Positions 1-8,109 of a stretch of DNA of 64,000 bases are shown piece by piece. How positions within the stretch are numbered: the stretch's first letter is position 1; the number at the start of each line of letters is the position of its first letter. Position numbers and translations under genes: made by a program. The stretch is from assembly GCA_041178425.1 (NCBI GenBank), contig JBEGVH010000020.1, positions 87,242 through 151,241 of the forward strand. Direction: 5' to 3'. Source of the stretch: Pseudomonadota bacterium. Its GTDB lineage: Bacteria; Bdellovibrionota; Bdellovibrionia; Bdellovibrionales; Bdellovibrionaceae. Under the pieces are notes generated by a model, which was given only the letters and a program-made list of their open reading frames with translations, ran no database searches and was not told the DNA's origin.

Positions 1-210
1 AATCCCGGCGCGGGAGTCACTAATGGTGGGGGCGGAGGAGCCTGGGGAACAACCGGGGTAGCAGGTACAGCACCCGCTCTACCCGCCAATAAAACATTAA
101 CAAGCAAAGGCACCCCTGGTGCCGGAGGGGCCGCCGGAAAGTGCGTAGCCCTTAATGGCTTTACGGTCACTTGGGCCGCCACCGGAACCAGAGACGGCGC
201 TATTTCGTAG
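1..210 (+). CDS. 3' end (partial) of Gly-rich phage gp38-like receptor-recognition/adhesin protein
   Basis: Frame 1 is open from the window start to TAG at 208-210: NPGAGVTNGGGGGAWGTTG...GTPGAGGAAGKCVALNGFTVTWAATGTRDGAIS*. The Gly-rich motifs and GGAAGK-x-V...W...G..xGA end resemble the T-even gp38 C-terminus. Not in the ORF track. Confidence 0.65.
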   Translation, partial: NPGAGVTNGGGGGAWGTTGVAGTAPALPANKTLTSKGTPGAGGAAGKCVALNGFTVTWAATGTRDGAIS

Positions 211-218
211 GAGGCAGA

Positions 219-518
219 ATGACGACAAAGTATGGAGTTTATAATCCTCAAAAAGGTGAATACGATTTGTTTAAAACCAAAGAAGAAGCCCTTGAGGCTT
301 TTTGGGAAAGAGTTATCGCAACAGCCAAAGAACATTACCACAACACCGCTTATACGACTATTCATTACAACGAAGACGGAACAGAGACTTGGTTGAATGA
401 GAGCGACCAAGAGATCACCAAAAAAAGAACTCTTAATGAGATCAAGGCGATTCTCAAACACGAACAAACAGAGATTCTCGCTAAAGCGCAACAAGTAAAA
501 GTAGAGAGGTTCCCATGA
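219..518 (+). CDS. hypothetical protein (phage tail-cassette-like)
   Basis: ATG at 219 with AGGAGG at 209-214; its end overlaps the next start (ATGA coupling). Confidence 0.75.
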   Translation: MTTKYGVYNPQKGEYDLFKTKEEALEAFWERVIATAKEHYHNTAYTTIHYNEDGTETWLNESDQEITKKRTLNEIKAILKHEQTEILAKAQQVKVERFP

Positions 519-1063
519 GAAAAACCGCCAGTTTAGGGTATTTTGGCAACATTTGGGTACGACAAAATCTGATAGAGAAAGCCGGCGATTCTTACCAAGG
601 GCATACTCACCACTTTGACCACGTGTCTTTGTTAATAAGCGGCAAAGCCCTTGTTGAAGTCGAAGGGCACTCGCCAAAAGAATTCACGGCTCCCACTTTT
701 ATTGTTATTCGCAAAGAGGTTGAACACAAGTTCACCGCCCTCGAAGACAATACTGTGTGGTTTTGCATTTTTGCTTTGAGAGATATCGACGGCGAAGTCG
801 TTGAAGACCTCTACGGACCACAGCATGACCCCTTACACGAATGGCGCAAACTCGAAGAAGACACGCGAGAGGAACTCCTCAAACAAAAAGAAAACGAGAG
901 TGAAGAAGCCTACAGAAAACGAATGCTTGAACTCGATGAAAAAACAACTCAGATGATTCATAACGCCGCAATCTGGAATGAAAATCGCAAAAAGAAAATG
1001 CAAGAGCTGCGAGATCAAAATACGACTCCCGATAATCTAGTGGCGACTCCAAACAACGCCTAA
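515..1063 (+). CDS. cupin-domain protein with charged C-terminal tail
   Basis: GHTHHFDH...EHKF cupin metal-binding motifs. Confidence 0.75.
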   Translation: MRKTASLGYFGNIWVRQNLIEKAGDSYQGHTHHFDHVSLLISGKALVEVEGHSPKEFTAPTFIVIRKEVEHKFTALEDNTVWFCIFALRDIDGEVVEDLYGPQHDPLHEWRKLEEDTREELLKQKENESEEAYRKRMLELDEKTTQMIHNAAIWNENRKKKMQELRDQNTTPDNLVATPNNA

Positions 1064-1068
1064 ATACC

Positions 1069-1099
1069 AAAAAAAAAGGGGGGCCCAAGAGCCCCCTTT
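1069..1099 (-). terminator. rho-independent terminator between convergent units
   Basis: GGGGGC/GCCCCC stem; A9 on + gives U9 on -. Confidence 0.75.
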
Positions 1100-1118
1100 A
1101 AATTTTCAAAAAGATAGA

Positions 1119-1841
1119 TCAATAATCCCGACGCTGTGATTCTAATTCTCCAACACGGGCCTGTAATTCTTTAATGCCCTCAATAAGCAAGGGAATGATC
1201 TTTTCATATTGCACTGTTAGGTAGTTTTCACCCGAAATCGATTGATATTGGTTGTTCTCATTGAGTCGACTATCGAAGGGCGCCAGCTGAATCGCCTCTG
1301 GGAGAACTTTTTGAATTTCTTGCGCAATCACTCCCACCTGCTGAGAACCATCTTTAAAACCGTGAGCCTGAGCACGCGAGTTCATATTAAAATAGCAACC
1401 TGAGATTTGATCTATTTTTGCAAGCGCGCTCTCGATGGGGCGAATATTTTCTTTTAAACGATAATCCGAAAAATAGGCGGTGATGTTATTGGTGGCGCGA
1501 ATTTCACCAGCACTGCCAGCCGTTGTTCCCACTCCAATCGAAGACACCTGATAGGTATTTGCAGTTACCAAGGCTGAAGCCGAACTGGCGGTTCCGGCAT
1601 TACCTGAGACATTGATTGACCATGTTCCCGAAGCACCAGTGCCATTCGTAGAGGGAGCCCCACAATCAGAGGCCACGAGTGTCACCGCTCCGGTCTTTCC
1701 AGCCACACTCGTCACAGGGGCCGATCCCACTTTTTGCCATGTGGCTGCACGGGCTGGGCGAATAAAACCCAAAATCATTTGAGAGATCAAACCAAAAAAA
1801 CCGGTAATAAATGCAAATCTAAAAAAGTTACGTCGTTTCAT
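1119..1841 (-). CDS. Tat-signal short fibre with C-terminal peptidase S74 intramolecular chaperone
   Basis: MKRRNFF twin-Arg, h-region and ARA-A cleavage site; VTSVAGKTGAVTL fibre motif; SDYRLKENI, GVIAQEIQKVLPEA and YEKIIPLLIEGIKEL S74 motifs; AGGAG 5 nt upstream of ATG 1841. Confidence 0.85.
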   Translation of the reverse strand: MKRRNFFRFAFITGFFGLISQMILGFIRPARAATWQKVGSAPVTSVAGKTGAVTLVASDCGAPSTNGTGASGTWSINVSGNAGTASSASALVTANTYQVSSIGVGTTAGSAGEIRATNNITAYFSDYRLKENIRPIESALAKIDQISGCYFNMNSRAQAHGFKDGSQQVGVIAQEIQKVLPEAIQLAPFDSRLNENNQYQSISGENYLTVQYEKIIPLLIEGIKELQARVGELESQRRDY

Positions 1842-2010
1842 TGTCACTCCTAAACAATAAAAAAATCGATGAGAATCCCGCGATCAAGCACGCTTCAAGT
1901 TGAGCCGACCTCTTCCTATTTTTGAGCCGAAGAGCATCTCACGTCAACGAGTTCGAAGAATCATCAAAACCAAAACAAAAATAGTTTTTATTTATTGAAA
2001 GGAGCCAGAC

Positions 2011-3585
2011 TTATTTACAGACAAAGAGATCCCCGTTGGAATCAACGCCTAGACTTCCGGTGGGGGAACAATTAGAACCACTCGTCACGGTTCCCAACAC
2101 CAAGTTAGTCACCCGAGCCGTACCATTAACATCGAGCTTGTAAGCCGGAGAACTCGTACCGACACCAACGTTACCACTCGCATCGATTCGCAGAGAATTG
2201 CCACCATTGTTATATATATCAACCACGCCATCACTCGGTGAGAAAAACCCAGTATCCTGACTAGCATCTTGAGTGAAAGCAAAACCACCGGCTGTACCCG
2301 CACCTTGGGAAGATAAAATTTTTGTGGAAGCGTTGATAATACCAGCTACATCTAGCTTGTAGGCAGGCACTGTGGTTCCGACCCCTACAATCCCCGTTGA
2401 TTTCCAAATGCTGAGGCCAGGCAGATTAACATCTCCCGAAAACGTAGGGCTTGCTGTTTTAGCTGCATCAGTGATCCCGTATCCATCGATGGTGGTGGGC
2501 TTACCCGTGGTGATCTTATTCCAATCGAGCGAGGGTATATCCGCGGCCACTAAACTGCTACCAGAGGTTACGCGACCTTTCGCATCTGTTGTCACTTTGG
2601 AATACGTGCCCGCCGTGCCCACCGACGCTAAAGTCGCAACGGCATTACCTGCACCTGAGCTCGTCACATCGCCGCTTAATACCGAAATACCATCGGTTAT
2701 TCCGTAACCATTCAAGGTTGAGGGTCTGCCTGAAGTTATTATGCTCCAATCGAGTGAGGGTATATCTGCAGCCACTAAACTACTACCAGAGGTCACACGA
2801 CCTTTCTCATCCGTCGTAACTTTGGAATACGTGCCCGCCGTGCCCACCGACGCTAAAGTTGCAACGGCACTACCAGTACCAGTAGTCGTAACATCACCAC
2901 TCAGTGAGGTTATTCCACTCGTACTACCCGTTCCACCGCTGCTACCTCCACTACTGCCACCACTGCCAGGCTGGGCGTATTTGTTCGATGTACCAGCAAT
3001 CAATGCCAAAAGGTCGACGTAGTTTTGGTTTGTCAGAGGTGGTGCTGTAGCGCCTTCTACTCTCAAAACGCCACTACTTGGAATTCCAGCAACGTTAAAA
3101 GTATCCAAGGAATGAGGGCTTGCCATTATTTCTACGGGGTCGACATTCTCAAAACCACCACCAGGATCGAACGACATCACTAAATAAAGCTTGTCGCCCG
3201 GCACTCGTTCAAAGCCTCCAGCACACTGGGTTGAATTTAAAACTTTAAGATCTGGATTAAAGATTTTTCCAAAACTCAGTGGGTTCGTATCCGTTCGCTG
3301 ACCCTCACCCAAAAATAACGAAAAGTACCCTGGCGATAAGCTCATGTCTTTTACGAATCTCTCAGAATAAAGAATACAAGTTTTGTTAGGAGCGGTGATA
3401 GAAACCATAAATTGCACATTGGTTCCAGCGACAGGCTGCCCGTTTCTATCAACGATACGACCCTGATAATTCAGTCCCATTGACGATCGATCAGGGGTAG
3501 CAAAAGCCGCCGGAGCCGTTCCCAAAAAGTAAAGGCTAACTAAAATCAACAATGCTAAATATCTTTGAATAACTAGATATTTCAT
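2011..3585 (-). CDS. secreted phage-tail-fibre-like adhesin (Bdellovibrio MAT-like), no S74 domain
   Basis: Signal peptide; N-terminal YQGRI...CILYSE head; AGTYSKVTTDxKGRVT / PTTxxGYGITD shaft repeats; GNVGVGTSSPAYKLDVNG repeats; ends in CSPTGSLGVDSNGDLFVCK. Confidence 0.85.
   Translation of the reverse strand: MKYLVIQRYLALLILVSLYFLGTAPAAFATPDRSSMGLNYQGRIVDRNGQPVAGTNVQFMVSITAPNKTCILYSERFVKDMSLSPGYFSLFLGEGQRTDTNPLSFGKIFNPDLKVLNSTQCAGGFERVPGDKLYLVMSFDPGGGFENVDPVEIMASPHSLDTFNVAGIPSSGVLRVEGATAPPLTNQNYVDLLALIAGTSNKYAQPGSGGSSGGSSGGTGSTSGITSLSGDVTTTGTGSAVATLASVGTAGTYSKVTTDEKGRVTSGSSLVAADIPSLDWSIITSGRPSTLNGYGITDGISVLSGDVTSSGAGNAVATLASVGTAGTYSKVTTDAKGRVTSGSSLVAADIPSLDWNKITTGKPTTIDGYGITDAAKTASPTFSGDVNLPGLSIWKSTGIVGVGTTVPAYKLDVAGIINASTKILSSQGAGTAGGFAFTQDASQDTGFFSPSDGVVDIYNNGGNSLRIDASGNVGVGTSSPAYKLDVNGTARVTNLVLGTVTSGSNCSPTGSLGVDSNGDLFVCK
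2470..2905. repeat. tandem intragenic duplication, 225-bp (75-aa) period
   Basis: 2521 aligns to 2746; 41-bp identical core at 2594-2634 and 2819-2859; differences mostly synonymous. Confidence 0.9.
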
Positions 3586-3593
3586 CTACTTTC

Positions 3594-3621
3594 TTATCGG
3601 CACTTTTGATCAGAAAATTTA
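3594..3621 (-). promoter_or_regulatory. sigma-28 (FliA)-type promoter of the fibre gene, probably leaderless
   Basis: TAAA-N16-GCCGATAA; ATG 8 nt downstream of the -10 element; no SD. Confidence 0.7.
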
Positions 3622-4094
3622 AGACTATTTTAAATGATCGATGAACCAATTTGAGATGGATTTGCCTCAAAACACTAAAAACTCAACTACACAATGCTAT
3701 CTCAATCTAAGACACTTCCCTTTGATGAATCTTTTTTTACATTCTAACTACATCGGCCAAAACTTGGGTCTTATCTGCATCTTCGAACTGTGAGCATGTT
3801 CCCCACTAGGAGGCCTAAATCAATATTCTAGAAATCTGTGAGAAGTTCCTAAACTCTCCCCTCAAAAGAAGGTAATAATTTAGTATTTTTATATATTTAG
3901 ATAAGACACCAGCAACAAAAAAGCAGTCCAAACTCAGAACCACTAACCAAGAAAACATTTACTTAACGAAAAAAAAACTACCCAAAACCCCTATTTTAGT
4001 GGTTTAAAGGGCGCTCAAAGTCGTTCGAATGATTCCTTTAGATGTCCTATTGTGTTCTGCGAATGGCCCCCAACAGCTTTCTCAGGAGGCAATT

Positions 4095-4412
4095 ATGGGT
4101 AAAAAAATATACGTCGGTAACCTTTCATACAATGTTGATGATCAATCTTTGGGTGATCTTTTCGCTCAATTTGGTCAAGTTGATTCAGTTCGCGTAGTAA
4201 CTGATCGCGAATCTGGTCGCAGCAAAGGTTTTGCATTTGTTGAAATGTCAACTGATGCTGAAGCATCTACTGCAATCGAAAAACTTAATGGTTCAGAATT
4301 TTCTGGCCGCGCTATGAACGTTAGCGAAGCTAAACCAATGGCTCCTCGTGAAAACAATCGCGGCGGTGGCGGCGGTCGTGGTGGTTTTGGAGGAGGACGT
4401 TCACGCTACTAA
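4095..4412 (+). CDS. RRM RNA-binding protein with Gly/Arg-rich tail
   Basis: RNP2 IYVGNL, RNP1 KGFAFVEM; AGGAGG before ATG 4095. Confidence 0.95.
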   Translation: MGKKIYVGNLSYNVDDQSLGDLFAQFGQVDSVRVVTDRESGRSKGFAFVEMSTDAEASTAIEKLNGSEFSGRAMNVSEAKPMAPRENNRGGGGGRGGFGGGRSRY

Positions 4413-4444
4413 GAATTTCTTCCTTTCTCTGAAAGGAGAATTCT

Positions 4445-4666
4445 ATGGCTAAGGACGATCTCGTCAAATTAGACGGTAAAATCACAAATCTTTCTGGCGG
4501 CGGTGTTTATTCTGTTATCTTAGATAACGGACATGAAGTTTCCGCCAGACTTTGTGGAAAAATGAAAAAGTTCAGCATTAAAGTAGTCGTTGGAGATCGT
4601 GTTAGTATTGGCATGTCTCCCTACGATCCTACGCATGGACTGATCCTTCATCGTTACAAGATCTAA
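4445..4666 (+). CDS. infA: translation initiation factor IF-1
   Basis: MAKDD...GKM...GDRV...MSPYD...G.I..R. Confidence 0.95.
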   Translation: MAKDDLVKLDGKITNLSGGGVYSVILDNGHEVSARLCGKMKKFSIKVVVGDRVSIGMSPYDPTHGLILHRYKI

Positions 4667-4673
4667 AATATTC

Positions 4674-4711
4674 GTTACTAGAGTGAGATTTCAAACACCC
4701 ACTCTAGTAAC
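4674..4711. terminator. hairpin/terminator between convergent genes
   Basis: 12-bp perfect inverted repeat GTTACTAGAGTG/CACTCTAGTAAC. Confidence 0.6.
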
Positions 4712-4745
4712 CAATTCTCTTCTTCTCTTTTAATAATTAAATTCA

Positions 4746-5162
4746 TTAATGTAAGAGCTGTTGTCGCTGTTGGTCTGAGGGCATTGGGCAAATTGTATTT
4801 TTCCCGAACCAACGATAGCGATTTTTAGCAACTAGATCATAAAGTCGATCCCAAAAAGAAGTCGGAAAAAGTCGCGCAAGCAGCAAAACATCAGGAGAAT
4901 AACCTATTTTACGAAGAGCCGTTAATACGGCCTTAGACTTCACTTGAGGCGCTTCTTCAGTCCAAAGGACCACACTATCTAAATTGGTTCGTGTTTCGAT
5001 AGGGAGCAGATTCGCTGCCGTATCACCCTGCAATGGTGCAAAAAACAAAACTTGTTTACGGTCACGCTCCATACAAAACTGAACCCAAAAATTGCAGAGG
5101 GCACATTCTCCATCATAAAAAAGAATCGTTTTATTTTTGTGATCCACTTCCATATTTCTCAT
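4746..5162 (-). CDS. DCC1-like thiol-disulfide oxidoreductase (DUF393)
   Basis: YDGECALC; FAPLQ; YDLVAKNRYRWFGK. Confidence 0.9.
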   Translation of the reverse strand: MRNMEVDHKNKTILFYDGECALCNFWVQFCMERDRKQVLFFAPLQGDTAANLLPIETRTNLDSVVLWTEEAPQVKSKAVLTALRKIGYSPDVLLLARLFPTSFWDRLYDLVAKNRYRWFGKNTICPMPSDQQRQQLLH

Positions 5163-5209
5163 TGTCTCAAAACTTTTGGAAGCTTCAAGAGTAGAGAATG
5201 TTCACGACT

Positions 5210-5743
5210 TTAGTCGCGGAATGGAACCTCCTGGCGAGCACCAAATCCTTTTTCCAGCAACAAGAGCTGCTCTTTTATTGAATTCCCGCCTGAAAAACCT
5301 CCCAGGCTGCCATCAGCACGGATCACCCTATGACAGGGAATAAACAAACAAAGAGGGTTTTTACCAATCGCCGAACCAACAGCCCTGTTGGATCTAGGTG
5401 AGCCCATTCGCCTAGCCACTTCGGAGTAGGTGCAAACTTCACCAAATGGTATTTTAAGTAAGACTTCCCAAACCGTCACCTGAAAGTCTGTTCCTCTAAT
5501 ATCGAGTGGAAGCGTAAATTGCCTTCGGTCACCCTTTAAAAATTCATTAATCTGTGACTCAGCAACATTGAAGAGATAATCTATTCTAACAGGGTAATCA
5601 TTACTCTGGGTGACTGAGGCACATGGCTCCCAAAAGCAATTTCTAATCCCTTCATTCGAAGCCACTAAGTAGAGTTCTCCAATGGAGGTGTTTATTTGTC
5701 TTTGGTAAAATTCCAACGTGTTCATCTCTCGATAGGGCCTCAC
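5210..5743 (-). CDS. ogt: methylated-DNA-protein-cysteine methyltransferase
   Basis: GTDFQ..VW..L..IPFG, RAVG, PCHRV active site; start may be 5725. Confidence 0.92.
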   Translation of the reverse strand: MRPYREMNTLEFYQRQINTSIGELYLVASNEGIRNCFWEPCASVTQSNDYPVRIDYLFNVAESQINEFLKGDRRQFTLPLDIRGTDFQVTVWEVLLKIPFGEVCTYSEVARRMGSPRSNRAVGSAIGKNPLCLFIPCHRVIRADGSLGGFSGGNSIKEQLLLLEKGFGARQEVPFRD

Positions 5744-5831
5744 TCAAAAACAGCAACACCGGGTAAAGATTAGACTAAGGCAACATTAATTCCACAGATT
5801 TTAATTTTACAATCACCCACAAGCCTAATTT

Positions 5832-6557
5832 ATGTTATACAACGTCAGTATGAAAATCCAAACTCCTAAAATCCCTAAAAAGTATCAACCCTATGGTTTT
5901 CAAATTATTCATGAAGACCTCGATATCATCGTGGGAAATAAATCACCCGGCGTACTCACTGTTGCTGCTCTTTGGGAACGCGAAAAAACCGTTCATAACG
6001 CTTTAAATATTTATGTTCAAAAAGGGAATTCCCGATCAAAAAAACGCGTCTACGTCGTGCATCGCCTCGATCAGGCCACCTCTGGAGTTCTTGTTTTTGC
6101 TAAATCCGAAAAAGTGCAATTTTTCCTAAAAGATAACTGGTCTGAAACAGAAAAAATTTATTACGCAATTGTACACGGCAAGCTGGAGCAAAAAAAAGGA
6201 TTCATTGAAAGTTATCTTTCGGAAGATGATGATTATTTGATGCATTCAAGTTCGAACAGCAAGACTGGTAAATTCGCGAGAACTGAATATGAGGTCGTCA
6301 AAGAAAATGGACGCTACAGCCTCGTGAAAGTGAACTTAATCACCGGAAAGAAAAATCAAATCCGAGTGCATTTGTCTGAGCTTGGAAATCCGATCGTGGG
6401 CGACCCCAAGTACGGAAAATCCGGCGATAAATGTAAAGACTTGATGCTGCATTCGTATTCGTTGGAAATCAATCACCCCTTCACAAAAGAACGGGTGTGT
6501 TTTGAGGCCCCTGTGCCTCATTACTTTCAAAAGCTCGTGGACTATAACTACGGATAA
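5832..6557 (+). CDS. RluA-family pseudouridine synthase
   Basis: HRLDQATSG, TGKKNQIRVH, PIVGDPKYG, LMLHS. Confidence 0.92.
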   Translation: MLYNVSMKIQTPKIPKKYQPYGFQIIHEDLDIIVGNKSPGVLTVAALWEREKTVHNALNIYVQKGNSRSKKRVYVVHRLDQATSGVLVFAKSEKVQFFLKDNWSETEKIYYAIVHGKLEQKKGFIESYLSEDDDYLMHSSSNSKTGKFARTEYEVVKENGRYSLVKVNLITGKKNQIRVHLSELGNPIVGDPKYGKSGDKCKDLMLHSYSLEINHPFTKERVCFEAPVPHYFQKLVDYNYG

Positions 6558-6597
6558 TTAAGAGACCACCAAGACCCCATAAGTTGTAAAAGCGCAC

Positions 6598-8109
6598 TCA
6601 GGTGGCTCTTTTCATTTTTCCATCGGTAACGAAACCTCCCAGAAAAGCTTGTTGGCCAAGCCTAAAGAAATGATAGGAATTGAGCGTCAGGCATACCAGG
6701 GCCAAAATCATAAAGGTGTGCGAACGATTCCAAAGATCATCAAAAAGAGTCTCCTGAAGAAAAAACTGCAAGCTGCCAGGAGATGCCGTTAAAGAGATGC
6801 AGCAAGCTAGATACAGTAAATGTCTCCGAGGGCGTATCGCCGCCTGCCCTAAATAGATATCTCCAGCATGAGCCCCCTCTCCTATCCAAATTTTGAGTGC
6901 AGGCCATAGCGCATATATAACACCACCCAAAAAAATGAACGAGGAAATTAAATAAGTCTCTTCTATTAGATCGATATAAAATAAATGAATCGAACTAAGA
7001 ACTAGAACCTGAGAAAGAATCAAAAAAACAATCTGTTGTTTCATTTTTACCCTCGGCACGGCAAATTCGTAAATTGCGAGGAGCGTACTCAAAAAGAGGA
7101 TTAAATATTCCCAGTGAAAGGTTCCATGCCAGAGATGTTTGATAACAAAGAAAACAGACGTGCCTCCAAAAAAAACCAAGCTTGCATTACGAATGAGAAT
7201 AAATAATCGATCGAGGTAAAATCCATTGAACGCATGAAAATAAATGCTCGTTGGCAATCTTTTGAATAAAGACCCTAATAAATCACTACGGCCATGATGC
7301 TCTTCGCGAAAAAAGTCTTCAAAGAAGCTCGCAGAGCGCAGATAGTTCCAAGTTCTCAATACATTGTGGCCAACAATATGCCACAAGGCAAAGCTATGCC
7401 AACCTAAAGCAATTTCCATAAATATCAGTCCCACTTGTGAGATCGAGGCAAACGCAAAGGAGGTTTTTACATCACTCCGGCTCGATCCGACCAATAGGCC
7501 ATAAATCGCACTCGTAAAACCAATTAAGCCCAAAAAAATCCTCAAAGAGGGGACGGAGTCCCAAAGGGACGCATGTTGGATCAATAAAAAGGCTCCCAGA
7601 TGCAAAGATAGGCCGCCGTAGAATACGGTGCTCGAAGGAGTTGGCCCCTCCAAGGCACGATAAAGCCAAGAAGAAAATGGAAATTGAGCACTTTTTCCGA
7701 GGGTTGCAATAATCAAACTGAGCCCCGCTAACTCATGCTGTTTGGCCTCTTCAAAGAAGATCGCTAATACAAAAAAGATATCGCACATTTTGTAATTGGC
7801 GAGTGCAATAAGAGAATTTTCTAAACTTCTCACATTCGTCTGATAAAAACCGATCAGAAAAAATGACGCCAATCCTACCATTTCCCAGCCAATAAAAAAT
7901 GTCTCTAAGTTTCCGGCGACCGCACAAAGAATAATACCCAAAGAAAAAAGAGTAAAAAGCATCCAATAACGTAAAACTCCGCGCTCGTGATCAAGATAGT
8001 TTTTAGAAAATTTACCAACTACGGCCAGAGTAAATACACTCAGCGCTAAAAAAATAGGGCCAGCACCATGAAGAGCTAAACTGTATTTACTGAGTAAGTG
8101 CCATTGCAT
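6598..8109 (-). CDS. dabB: DabB/MpsA-like NuoL/ND5-family membrane subunit of an inorganic carbon pump
   Basis: GWEMVGLASFFLIGFY, KSAQFPFSSWL..ALEGPTPSS; overlaps dabA. Confidence 0.8.
   Translation of the reverse strand: MQWHLLSKYSLALHGAGPIFLALSVFTLAVVGKFSKNYLDHERGVLRYWMLFTLFSLGIILCAVAGNLETFFIGWEMVGLASFFLIGFYQTNVRSLENSLIALANYKMCDIFFVLAIFFEEAKQHELAGLSLIIATLGKSAQFPFSSWLYRALEGPTPSSTVFYGGLSLHLGAFLLIQHASLWDSVPSLRIFLGLIGFTSAIYGLLVGSSRSDVKTSFAFASISQVGLIFMEIALGWHSFALWHIVGHNVLRTWNYLRSASFFEDFFREEHHGRSDLLGSLFKRLPTSIYFHAFNGFYLDRLFILIRNASLVFFGGTSVFFVIKHLWHGTFHWEYLILFLSTLLAIYEFAVPRVKMKQQIVFLILSQVLVLSSIHLFYIDLIEETYLISSFIFLGGVIYALWPALKIWIGEGAHAGDIYLGQAAIRPRRHLLYLACCISLTASPGSLQFFLQETLFDDLWNRSHTFMILALVCLTLNSYHFFRLGQQAFLGGFVTDGKMKRAT

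Noticed and set aside
171..218. ORF-track start at 171
   Set aside because: Overlaps the upstream gp38-like frame; ATG 219 has a strong SD.
1901..1930. TTGAGCCGA direct repeat between the fibre genes as a riboswitch or recombination site
   Set aside because: Only 9 bp in two copies; no recognisable RNA family.
2470..2905. Fibre repeat pair as a DGR template/variable repeat or shufflon
   Set aside because: Both copies are in-frame and tandem, the differences are mostly synonymous and not adenine-specific, and no reverse transcriptase or invertase is in the window.
2372..3022. + strand ORFs 2372-2707 and 2741-3022 that repeat each other
   Set aside because: Antisense shadows of the fibre repeat.
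6598..8109. nuoL of respiratory complex I or mrpA
   Set aside because: No other nuo/mrp genes; it overlaps a DUF2309 gene, which indicates DabB.
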